From: Callorhinchus milii
Lineage: Eukaryota
Reading direction: 5' to 3'
Length of the DNA stretch: 64,000 nt
Assembly: GCF_018977255.1 (NCBI RefSeq)
Contig: NW_024704743.1
Coordinates: forward strand, 42,410,001-42,474,000
Shown here: piece after piece, positions 13,311 through 24,780 of the stretch
Numbering within the stretch: position 1 is the first letter of the stretch
Layout of the letters: each line of letters starts with the position of its first letter
Translations under genes and position numbers: made by a program
Notes under the pieces: generated by a model
The model's database searches: none
Told to the model about the DNA's origin: nothing
Seen by the model: the letters and a program-made list of their open reading frames with translations, nothing else

Positions 13311-13817
13311 TCAATTGTATGAGCATTGTTTGTATTGCCAAAGTGAAATTGATCAAAGTAGCCCACATTCGGGCCAAATTGGAAATGTTTAAGAGTTGAC
13401 TCACTCGGGGCCACTTCACTCTATAGCATGCCCTTGGGGTCTAAATACGGTACTGTACTCACAACAGGAACTGCTAAGATTTTGCAAAATATTGACTCCT
13501 GCTCGGAACTGGTGATTTGTCACACTAACTTGTGGGAATGCTGCTCCAGTATGGCCATAAGGAGTTTCACTGGAACAGTTTCCAAGGTTCTGCGTGATGT
13601 GGTTTATGTCACAAGAGACATTTCCAGATCAAAGGGCCAGTAGCTTTAACACTTTTTCAAGGAGTGATTTTTCAACCTCAGTTAATGTTGGCAAGCCATT
13701 CAACAATTGGAAGCATCCATCAGATTCTGTCCCTATTGAGATGATTGGAAGTATGAACATTGGCTAATTTTTCCCTTCCCCCACACTGGGGACATTAAGG
13801 CTAATTCTAGCCTCATC

Positions 13818-14195
13818 ACATCATTGAGATGTCTCAAAGCACTTCACAGGATATACTGTAGAATGGATTGACTGTAATTTGTGGGAATAATGCAGCAATT
13901 TCCCACAAATAATCCATGGAGTGAGTGAGTGACCAGTTTTATTTGGGGTATTTGTTGGCCAGGAAACTAGGATAAACTCTTCTCTATTCAAATAATGCCA
14001 TGGAATCTTTAATATCCACCTGAACAGACGGATGGGACCTCGGTTTAACGTCTCATCTGAAGAACAATGCAACACTCCCCCAGGACCTTATTGAAGTGTC
14101 ATCTTAGACTATGTATTTCCAAGTCCCGATGTAGGGCTTGAACCCACAACTGTCTGATTCAAAGGCGAGAGCACTACCACTGCTCCAGGCTGATA
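13818..14195 (-). mobile_element. Deu-domain SINE (SacSINE1/AmnSINE-like)
   Basis: Minus strand 'cagatgagacgttaaaccgaggtcccatccgtctgttcaggtggatattaaagattccatggcatta', which resembles the Deu domain as I recall it; tRNA-like head. Confidence 0.75.
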
Positions 14196-15342
14196 CATAA
14201 TTCCATTGATTGGAACACATTTAAAAACATGGCCATTTGTAATTCAATTGTACACATGAGGAAAAAGGATATGGAAGGGCACGGGAAGAAAGATTAGGAT
14301 GGGCAGAGGCTCAAAAACACCATAACAGACTAGTTTGGCCAAGTGACTTTTTTCAGTTCTTTACAGACGTTGTAATTCTATGCATGTAGCGACCTCAAGA
14401 AGCAGCTGGGATATTCAGGAATGAAACATATGGAGCAAAATGCAATTCCCATATACGAAGACAAAACTGCTACGTTACCACTTTGATTGCCTAAGTTTCT
14501 CTTATAATGGAGTCTGAAAATAATCCCTTCACTTAAATGTGTCATGCTTAAATTTTAAGACTTGACAGGCCTCTTTATATAAAAAAAAATAAAAAACCAC
14601 AGATGCCATACATACTGACATTTTACTTGTATGGCTTTGTGATATTCTCTCTATTGTTAAAGAATTTGCTGCATTCTGCTCTGTGAGCCATAATTGCTCC
14701 TCAATCTCAAATCCACGTGCTAGGCAGTAATCTTTTGACAAACCTACAGTTTTCACGTCGGTCCTCAGCAGTCATTCAACTGCCACTGACTATCACAAAT
14801 GCCCAGACTCTTACAGTAACATACAATGTACTCCCAGCCTGGGGTTACTCCCAGCCTTGCTTTAACATGCTGCAGTTTTCTTCGGTCTCATAACCATTAT
14901 AATTGGAGAGGAGCACACATGAACGCATTCTTTTTTCTTTACAGCTCCGCAGGATATCTTACATGCACCTTCCGGCTTCTGCACTGAACTCTGGCTTTAA
15001 CTTTGAGGAGATTTCCACCTTTTTCGAAGTCACATAATCTGATCGGCGACGCCATGTGGTGAATGTTAAGTGGGTTTTGATTCTCACATGGAAGGGTCCT
15101 GTGCGTGCACATGAATGTGTCACACAGCCTGCACGTGTTTGAAAGAACAATTGCTCATTGTTGCAACGGAGAGACTTGTTAGCATAGAAAGCACTCGGCA
15201 CAGTGGGGTGTCACCTCGACTCAGGCACAACAGGATGTGAGCTTCCCTTCTTGTTGCTAAATCAAGATCATGATAGAACACTGCATCCAGCAGGGCAAAT
15301 CTTGATGCTTCAGTTATCTTATCATATTCTAATTAATCTAAG

Positions 15343-15878
15343 ATCGCTTCTCTGCCTTTTGGCTGAGATCAAGTGTAGTCTTTGTTCTTATACAGTTACT
15401 TCTGGAGCTAGTATTGCTGGGGAAGCTCATCTCCTATTGAGATTTCTGAACCAAATCTCACCCATAACTGGTGCATTAGGGGAAGGATTGAGCTCCCACC
15501 TGCAGATATGCTTTCAGCCCTATGTTGGTTGGGGTTGGTATTGCAGTACTTCTAATCTAAGGAGTTTGATCTGCTCTCACAAAGAGGAAGCAGAGAATAC
15601 TTGAACTCAGAGCTACCTTGAGCACTTGGTCACAAGGCTCAGGCTGGGCTTGCCCTGCCGGAGAAGTGATCCGGTCACCGTCCAGCCACTTGCTCGGGTG
15701 GTCATGAAGATATGGTTCAGGTCCACATTGTCCTTTGACAGTTTGGCCTAGAAGGGTTTAGGGGATTATTAGGGTTTGTCTGCGGGGACATAACTCTCGT
15801 CCCCAAAGTGGAACGTTTCTGTCTAATTCAGCTCATGGGGGGGGGAGCAGGTCTAACTTCGCTCACCAAAAAAGAAAA
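15343..15878 (+). ncRNA. U2 snRNA-headed long structured element (retrocopy of a U2-derived RNA or SINEU-like SINE)
   Basis: 15343-15397 is ATCGCTTCTCTGCCTTTTGGCTGAGATCAAGTGTAGTCTTTGTTCTTATACAGTT, versus vertebrate U2 ATCGCTTCTCGGCCTTTTGGCTAAGATCAAGTGTAGTATCTGTTCTTATCAGTT. U2 SLIV loop TGGTATTGCAGTAC at 15536-15549. A-rich tail at 15868-15878. Flanking repeats attaatctaa (15332-15341) and attgatctaa (15881-15890). Confidence 0.8.
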
Positions 15879-17008
15879 TTATTGATCTAAACATATGCAT
15901 ATGTTGTTATAAAGCAGTGTGTTTTTCTTCTATTTAAACTGTGAGCACTTATACCCTTAGGGCTAACATAACAAGTCTGTATAATAGCACCTTAACCAGT
16001 CCTTTAGGTGCAGTTCATCGAAGAACTGCTCTGACTTTCATTGCCTTGAAGTAGTGCTGCCTTGCATACTCAACAAGGCTACGGCTAATGTACTTGTCAA
16101 TACCGAATAAATGGACTGGAAAATGTGATTGCAATAATTGCTGAGATGCTTCAAAAACACAGCGGTCATCTTGTGAGTGATTTTAACCCTTAGTCCTCAC
16201 TAATAAATCTTCTTCATCAAGTAGAGTATAAATCTGTCTGTGAAAGCAGAGTGCAGAAAAGCTGCTGACACAATAAATGGGGCAGAGGAGCTGTTAATGA
16301 AACTGGGATAATGGACAAGAAATTGAAATATCAGAATTGAGCTGCACCTCATGTGATGAAATATTGTGACAAAACAACTTTCTTACTGAAGGAAATCTTG
16401 TGGGGGCGGGGGAGTCTGTCATCAATCATTCACTTCCCTTGGCAAACTCGGACATGTTGCGCACCCTGCCCTCTCCACTCCACCAATGATAACTGAACCT
16501 TCAGATCCTACAGAAATAACCTCTGAAACTCCCTCCCTCTGTCCTCCATCTTGCCTTCTCTCGAACTGGCCTACCTTAAAACCTACCTCCCTAACATGCA
16601 TCTATGACCACCTTCCTCTTTCCGCCTTGCCCCTCTTCCCTGTCCCTTGCTTAGCATATAACCCCATTCTAGTAAAGCACTCAGAGATGTTATCGTACAC
16701 TAAGGGAACTTTATGAATGCAACACTCAAATATTAAGGAAAAGTAGTTGTCTTCACGTGATAGAAATAATTGAAATGAAGGTAAAAAAAAATGCAATTGG
16801 AATACTATGATAATATATCATAAGCGCACAAGTTGGTTCAAGGGTGCAAACCTTGGACTGCCCAGCACAGTGGGATGCCCTTCTGACATGCAAAGTAGCA
16901 TATGAATGTAAATTTGTAATTTGCATTATATTGTGGTTTGGATGAAAAAGGCCCTTCCTCCCATCTGATTTCATCCTTACAGAATACCTACTCTACTGTC
17001 ATCCCATT

Positions 17009-17470
17009 AACAACAACAACAACAACAACAATTTACATTTATATAGTGCCCTTCACCCAGGGTTGTGTCCTGGAGTGCCTGACAGTGGCGCAGTCTGATA
17101 CTGAGCTAGGGAAAGAGGCGTGTGACCGTAAGCACCACCAGAAAGGAAGGTCTTTAGGCAGGATTTGAACGTCAGGTCGGAGGGGGCAAGGTGGAGGGAT
17201 TGAGTGAGAGAGTTACAGAGTTTTATGGCGTAGTGACTGAAGTCACGGCTGGTGGAAAAGAGGAGACGAGGGACAAACAGGAGGCCAGAGCCAGCAGATA
17301 GGAGGCAGCGGGTGGTGGAATGGGGGTAAGCAGATCGGATAGGTAGGGAGGTGTGAGGGCATGAAGCGATTTGAAAACAAGTGAGAGAAGCTTGAAATTG
17401 ATCTGTTCGGGGATTGAGAGCCAGTGGAGCCTGACAAGGTCTGGTGTGATGCATGTAGTTTTGTGCAGGT
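17009..17470 (-). mobile_element. L2 3' fragment
   Basis: (aac)n tail at 17009-17031, followed by L2 3' UTR and C-terminal coding remnants. Confidence 0.8.
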
Positions 17471-18934
17471 TAGTGTCCAGGCGGTGGGATGGGGGGGGCG
17501 GTGGCTCATGTCAGGGATGGCAGTCAAACACATATTCCGAGACTGGGAGCAGAGCAGTCAGCGAGGCATCATCAGCCCACAGGCATGGTGGCTGCGAGGG
17601 GCTAGAATTCCAGTCATTAATTAAAGAAAAACATCTTGATATCTGTCCTGACATTGTCCTCTACAAGTTTCAACCTGTGACCTCTTGTTCTACTGTCTTG
17701 TTGCTACGTATCCTAAAGTATTGATCTAAGATTACTTTTTTCTCTTGGAAATGTTGCAAAATCCTATTTTTGCACTATATATAGTATGTCTGTATTAAAC
17801 TTAATTTGCCAGTTACCAGCTCATGTGCATCACCATTGTATGAGCAGGTTTAGAAAGAGGTAGTGAGCTGTTTATTCAACTGAATAATAACAGGGTGGGC
17901 CAATGATGTGGACTGAATCTTTTCATAGCAACTGTATACACCATAATGTTTGGTGTCTTTAACCAAATTTGTCATTGAAACTTGCCAGACAGTCTGCCTG
18001 GAGTCCTCTTTAACAAACTTAAGTGTACAACTGTGCCTCTTTGACAGAGAGGTATCTGCAGATCAAGCCAGATAGTATAAAGCTTTTAGTAGGAGTACCT
18101 TTTGATCTCTTGTTAATGAGATGTAGTCTTATAATCAGAAAAGGTTTTGATTTTGTTTATATTCTATTTATAAGTCAATCATATTGATAATATTGTCAAA
18201 TCCATACATCTGTCGACTTGATGTCCTGATGCACGTAAATTGCTGACAATGCCCTGATATATGTAAATGATTAGGGTTCCAGTTTTAATCAGTAGACGCA
18301 AGAGTAAACCAGTCTTGTTAAATGCAGGTCCAGGACTCTGAAGGTTTTTTCTCTGCATGGATCTATTGCGCACAAGAAAATCCCACTGTAAATATTTTTG
18401 TGACCTTTACAAATGCTGAATATTAATACTGTCATTAATGGGTAACATATGCTTCAGATTAAGTGAGTTATTAGTCGAGCCACAGCGAGTCATCGATCGT
18501 TCAAAAGTGTAATGGAATTTTTTTTGATGAAATGAAATCATAAAAACAAAGTCAGGACATTGCATAGATTCTGTAAAAGGACATTTAACACGTCAACAGA
18601 GATTGAATGATTGATCTTTTTGTTAAATTTTCGCTGTGCACTTTGTGACTTTCCCCAAATCGGATCTAGTTTTGAATATCGCCGTTCTGAATGACAAGAT
18701 CCCTGATCGATACTAAACTCTCACTTGAGTAATTGTGCCATAAGAAAGCATGGAATGAACCATTTGGTTCATTTAGCTTGTTCCTTCCACAAGCTATGTG
18801 GTTGCCCTGTCTCACAAATTACTCAGATACTATGTATTTCTGAGTGTTTGTGTCTGAGGGAGGGAATAAACCTCTAGTCTTCCTCAAGAGTTTTACTCGC
18901 ACCCTCCAGTTATTCTGTTGCAGTTTAATTATAC

Positions 18935-19212
18935 TAACCTACTCCTCATCCCCCGAGTCCTCCGCTCCACCCTCGGCCGCCGTGCCTTCAGCCACTATGC
19001 CCCGAGGCTCTGGAACTCCTTTCCTCACTCCCTTTGCCTCACTCCCTCTCTTCCTATTTCAGGTCTCAGCTGAAGACCTTTCTTTTTGACAGCACCTTTG
19101 GTCACCTTCCCCCCCCCCCCTTCCCCTGGCTCGGCCCCGGGATCCGTTACTGTAAAGCGCTCTGAGATGCTGTCCGACGTGGAAGGCGCTATATAAATCT
19201 AAGTTGTTGTTG
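18935..19212 (+). mobile_element. L2 3' fragment
   Basis: 'ggccgccgtgccttcagcc...ctctggaactc' and tail 'aaggcgctatataaatctaagttgttgttg'. Confidence 0.8.
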
Positions 19213-19224
19213 TACTCACATCAT

Positions 19225-19594
19225 GGAGTTCTGTAGTGCAATGGTTACTGTGCTTGCCTCGCAAGTGAGAGGACCCAGATTCAATTGTCGTGCAGGGCGA
19301 AACCTAAACAAGTTTCCTTACTCCCCTAGCTTCTATTTACCTAGCAGTAAGTAGGAACCCAGTTGTTAGTTGATTCACGGATTGCTTTCTGGGGGTAATA
19401 ATCCCTCCCCCTCAATTTAAAAAAAAATTGATTATTCAATCCACGACTAGGATATTGCTTTGCGTAATTGGCTGTCGTGTTTTGCCCACAAAATGCACAG
19501 TCAATTCACTGTACAGTATATTCTGTGAAGTTCTTTGAAATATCTCAAAGTTGTGATAAGGCGCTATATCAAATGCAAGCTTTATTATTATTAT
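19225..19594 (+). mobile_element. tRNA-derived SINE, long-centre form
   Basis: ggagttctgtagtgcaatggtta head, central 'ctatttacctagcagtaagtaggaaccc', (tta)n tail. Confidence 0.85.
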
Positions 19595-22469
19595 CTACCT
19601 CTTTGCCCTTCCCTATTTTAAAGACTGGAAGTGTGACCCAGCACAATCTTTAACTCTGATAAAAAATATATTCATAATAACATTGCTCATATTTATGTGG
19701 CAGCATCAACCTTTCCAATTGGAATTTATAGATGCATTGAAGAGGAAACTAACTGGTTGGGCTGAATGGCCTGTTTCCATGCTGTGCAGTCTATGTAAAT
19801 CTATATAAATGACACTGCTGGTGAGTTGCTGACTTTGCAGTTCCATCACCCCTGACTTTGTCAGCAAGGAGTGCAATGGATGGGCCATGCTTTGTTAAAC
19901 TTGTAAAATAAACAGGATCAAGCACTTTGTTCCTATATGCACTGTCTGTTGCCCAGAGCACCAAAATAAAGTGTGTTTTTTTCTGATCCTAATTGAAAGC
20001 ATTGTAGAACAGCTTATGTAAATCAACCTTCCCATTCCACATCGCTGTGCAACTGGGAGTGAGGCAGCTTTGCTCCCAACAGTACAAACGCAGCATAATT
20101 GAGCTTGATTAAAGCAGATAAAATGTTACTGTTTTTTTAAAATCATGCCAATCTGAAGCAATTCTTTACTGGGAGAAAGAAAAACGAAAGCAGGAGAGTG
20201 AAATAGATTGTCCTGCTTCTTCTTCAGATAATCTCCAATCGTCCCTCACCAGTGCTTTGGAGCTGCTTCCTGCAGTTTGCAGAACGCTCACTATTTTTCC
20301 TTCCATGTTCCTCCCCACTTTGAATTCCACACTGTGTTTAATTTATGACTGCTACTTATTCATTAGAATGTCAAAAAAAATCCAAATATATTTGCCAAAT
20401 ATCACATCTTTAGCCAAATATCACACACATCGAATCGACAGTGAATAAGGAGCTCCGTGTTACAACCAACAAACCTGCTTTGGTCTTGTGCTCCACATTT
20501 GCAATTTAATAAATAAAATTGGTCACTCACTCCATGACTGTTCGTGGGACATTGCTGTGCACAAATTGGCTGCCACGTTTCGACCACAAAATACACTTTA
20601 CAGTATATCCTGTGACATCTCTGCTACGTGATAAGGCACCATATCAAATGAAAGGATTATTATTAGAAGGTTGAGAGATTTGATATCATGTATTTAAATT
20701 AGCTCCATTAATCTCCAGAGGAAGGTGAATAATCATAGGTAAAACATCCAAGAATATCCAAGTACCTTGAATTTATTTCCTATGATCCATGAAAAAAGTC
20801 TGACCAAATACTGTGATGTCTATCTAACATTACAGTCTTATCTTGGCCAGTTCAGTTGATTAGATGATATTTCCACTGCTCTTTGGACTACAGTAACCCA
20901 AATGATAATCATCATCATCTTCATAGAGAACCATTCTCATCGAGCTTTTCATCATCTTATCCTTAAAACCTTACAAATCATACTTAGATTCTTTTTCCAG
21001 CTTCTTAAGTGATTTAATCAATGTAGTAAGGGTTGATGTTATGCAGAGTCTATTGCATGTATTTATCACTGTATGTGTGTACGTGTATATGTGTGCATGC
21101 ATGAGGGAAGGAAAGTTACTCTAATCTTTAGTCTTGCTCAAGACTTTTTATTCATACCCTCCAATTACTCAATCACAGCCTCAATAGAGTAACTTGCTTC
21201 CCTCTACCTCAAAGCCCTTCTCAATTTTAAAGATTGGGACAAGAACCTGACACAATCTTCTATCCCATTAAAATAAATTCTTAGCAACACTCTTCGTAAG
21301 GTTTATGCTGCAGAATCATTCTATACGATATTCTCTGAATGCTGTCTAATACGGCATATATCCTTTGAAGCTGGGGTCACCAAAGTGCAGTTAATATTAT
21401 ATATTAAATGTGATCTTATAGATGGCTTATGCAGAACTAAAAGATCCTCTTTCATCTTTAAATCAAATATATCTCCAGTATTTGATTAGCCTGCTTCTTA
21501 TTGAGAACAGTAAGCTATTAAGTGGATGCTTTCAAAGAATGGTCAATAGTGACAACAAAATCCATCTTTTTTTCCACCTTTGCTAATTGACATCCATTTA
21601 TTATGTACACGCATTTTATCTTTCCTGTGCCTGTGTGCATTAGTTTCTATTGATCCACATTAAAATCTATCTGCTATTCCACAGCCCATCCATTTCATTT
21701 TTTCAGATCCCTTTGAGTACCATCAATCTTCATGTCATTACAACCAAGAAATTGGAAGGAGGATGCAAGTTGCAGACCTTGCCACTTATTTGGAAAGATT
21801 GATTTTCTCTTTGTTAATTGTAAAGGCCATCTTCATGTTATTACTGAGTATTTCAAAGAATTAGGCTTCAAATAATCAAGATCAACTGGCTCCAAAATTG
21901 TATTCTATATGCTATTATGTTATTTATCTGGGAGAGTTGGTGCTGCCCCAAAATTACATTGTGGTAATGAAGACGAATGCACTGTGATTTTTGTGTTTTT
22001 GCTTTAGTTAATATAAAATTTTATTTAAAGTTAGATAAACATTAGCCATTGATCAGGTATAGATGCTTGGGAGTCAGTGTGGATTTGAAAAAGGTAGGTC
22101 ATGCTAAGTTAATTACATTTTTTGACTGCATCAAGGTGTGTTTATATGTTCGATTATGATATGATAACAATAAGATACCAGATCTCTGAGAGTCTCTCTC
22201 TCTCTTTGCTTTGCCTTTCTAAACTCTGTACGTGTGTGTGTGTGCTTATCACTCTCTTAGCTATGTGACTCCAAACCCATACTTATCTGGTCTCTCCACC
22301 TCCTGCTGCTGGGTCAGTCTCACTCAGGATACATTCTCATCCTCGGGGTCTTGCACACGTGTTTACAACTAAAATATTTGCCGACACTTCAACTTGACAT
22401 TGGAGCCTCAAGGCAGACAAGCAGACAGGTGAAAAGCTGGGGTTGTTCTACTGTCCATGTTTTCAGATA

Positions 22470-22960
22470 GCATTTGATCAGGTGCCCAAAAGAGATGAGG
22501 ATTGTGCAAATTCAGGTAAGTAGAATTAAAGGCAAATTTGTAGCATAGATAGAAATGTGGCTCAAAGAGACAAGGCAGAGTAGAGGTAAATGGATGTTTT
22601 TGCACTTGGTTGTGTGTCCCAGGGATCTGTGCTGAGACCTCGGTTATTTTCCATCTGCACTATATTAATGATTTGAAAATAGACAATTTCTCAGTTTCTC
22701 AGTTTGTTGGTTGTAATTAGAGATATACTCTAATCACCAGATTAGTGGCTTTGGAGAAGAATGCAAGCCAACAAGCTCTTGGTTGAATGGCAGAAAAGTG
22801 GCAGATATGGATTATCTTGCAATATATTGAAATTGGCTGTTCTGCGCAACCCATTATAGAAAAGACATCAGAGCTATTGGAAGGATGTAGCGTAGGCTCT
22901 CAAGAATGAGACCATAAGTGAAGAAACCAGCTCTTCTATTTTCAGGATAAAGTTAATAAA
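22470..22960 (+). mobile_element. Old CR1 RT fragment
   Basis: Degenerate 'AFDQVP..R', 'RQRVEVNGCF' and 'gtcccagggatctgtgctg' (VPQGSVL) remnants. Confidence 0.55.
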
Positions 22961-23435
22961 GCAGGGTTGGTTTCAGTGAAATGGAAGATTAAGATGCTCA
23001 ATGGACTGAATGGTGTTCTCCTAGGTTGTCATTTCTATCATTCTGTTCTATGTAATAATCACACTGTTATAGCTTGCTCTGGTTGCAAGACAGGTAAAAT
23101 GTGCTGCCAAAATTCAGACTTCATGAATGACATGTCTTTTCATTAGGATTGTGATGATCCAGAACTGACTAGCCTGGTAGTGTTGCATTTTGCCTGAATC
23201 AGGTGTACAGTTATCTAAGAGTATCAGAGGCAGCTTGTCTACATTATGCCACTGTGATACCTAATAAACAGTTTCTTAAGCATAATGCAATATTCAGCCT
23301 GACTATAAAAGACCATTTTAACTTTTAATTTAGGGGATATAAAGGTACATTCTATAATAATATATCAAATGCAAGGATTATTATTATTTATTATTATTAT
23401 GGAATAATAGTTCCACCCATGGTTGGCTTTAGCAG

Positions 23436-23530
23436 ACCTAATTATAAAGTCTGCAGGTTTCGTCTAAGACAGCCCAGGGTCTGTAATTGCAGGCTGTCTT
23501 GGGTGAAACCAGAAGACACTGTAAATAGAT
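23436..23530 (+). repeat. Imperfect inverted repeat / hairpin
   Basis: ggtttcgtctaagacagcc (23456-23474) pairs with ggctgtcttgggtgaaacc (23492-23510), with weaker pairing extending about 20 nt outward. Confidence 0.8.
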
Positions 23531-24504
23531 ATGGGAAACATGCATGCATCGGACACTTCTGCACACCTTGACCAGCTATCTCAGAAACCTTTCATTATAA
23601 GGTGCTGCTGGCTTCGACACAGGCAACAACCGGAGTGAAGTTCACAGCAGAATCTTCAAGACGATACCATTTGCCCAGTTAACCTACTTCACAATATAAT
23701 TGTAGCCTCTATTATTAAATATTCACTAGAATAACTAGAATATTTATAGAATTAGCATGTGGTGTGTCTGCAGGTTTCCCTCCTCAAACTATAGTTTATC
23801 AGATTATAAGAATATTTTTCCATGTCGACTTTTCCTTACCATGTTGCAGTAAATCACAGCATAGCATTACATAGGTTGTAAGGAACATACTGTTTTTGAA
23901 AACACAGGAAGCCACTTGCCCTAAATATATTGCTAATACTATTGTAAGGCTCTGTTCATAGAATCATAGTGTTGACTGCAGTGGGTCAATTCTGTGTAAT
24001 ATTTTATTTAAATAAAATTATTGACTTTTAAATCTTTTATATTTTTGGATACAAAGATAATCAAGCTCACAGAGATGGGTATTCCTTTAGTATGTTTTAT
24101 GTAAGAAACATTTTATGTAGCACTGTGCTTGTATAGAAAGGCCTATTTACTGATCTGGAAAACAGTATAATTGTTGTCTTCTATCCTCCAGAAACTGTTT
24201 CAACTTTAGGCTAGTTATTGCCCAATATTTATACTACATTAATACAATGTTCTTGATCTGGTGCTTCAATCCAACATCATTTTCCAATCACATTACAATT
24301 TTCATACTCCACACTTTTCTTACAAGCAGCTATTTTTATAAAATGCTGTCCTTGACCATTAACCCACTTAAGAGAACAAAGATTTGAAAAAACTCACATT
24401 GGTTACCCCGCCTGCTACCACATTCAGTTTCTCCGAGTTTGAGACTGTCAACACACTTTACCTCCCACTTCTGCATACCTAAGCCCTCTAGTCACACATC
24501 TCTT

Positions 24505-24780
24505 TGCAAACAGGAGATCTGGGTTTGATTCCCGGCAGGGTAAAACCTTGGGCAAGTTTCCTTACTCTACACGCCTGATAATAATCCCTCAAGAAAAATC
24601 AATAATAAATTGGTCATTTTTAATCCACGACTGTTTGCGGGCACTGCTGTGCGCAATTGGCTGCCGCATTTTGCCCACAATTATACAGTCAATTCACTTT
24701 ACAGTCTATTCTGTGAAGCGATTTGAGACATCTAGAAGATGTGAAAAGCGCTATATCAAATGCAAGGATTATTATTATTA
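24505..24780 (+). mobile_element. tRNA-derived SINE, short-centre form, head truncated
   Basis: B box 'ggtttgattccc' through 'atcaaatgcaaggattattattatta'. Confidence 0.88.

Noticed and set aside
14925..14952. Acceptor-like 'ttcttttttctttacag|ctccgcag' suggesting a cryptic exon
   Set aside because: No convincing downstream donor or coding similarity seen.
15343..15560. Functional canonical U2 snRNA gene
   Set aside because: No Sm site, no SLIIb/SLIII homology and no recognisable PSE at about -55; the A tail and TSD indicate a retrocopy.
15203..15604. 133-aa ORF overlapping the U2-like element
   Set aside because: Non-ATG start, crosses the insertion boundary, no recognisable protein motifs.
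15343..15878. U2 gene disrupted by a U2-targeting retrotransposon (Keno/Utopia)
   Set aside because: U2 similarity continues past about nt 37-40, where such elements insert. There is no RT remnant, no resumption of U2 after the tail, and the SLIV loop is internal. Not excluded without a database search.
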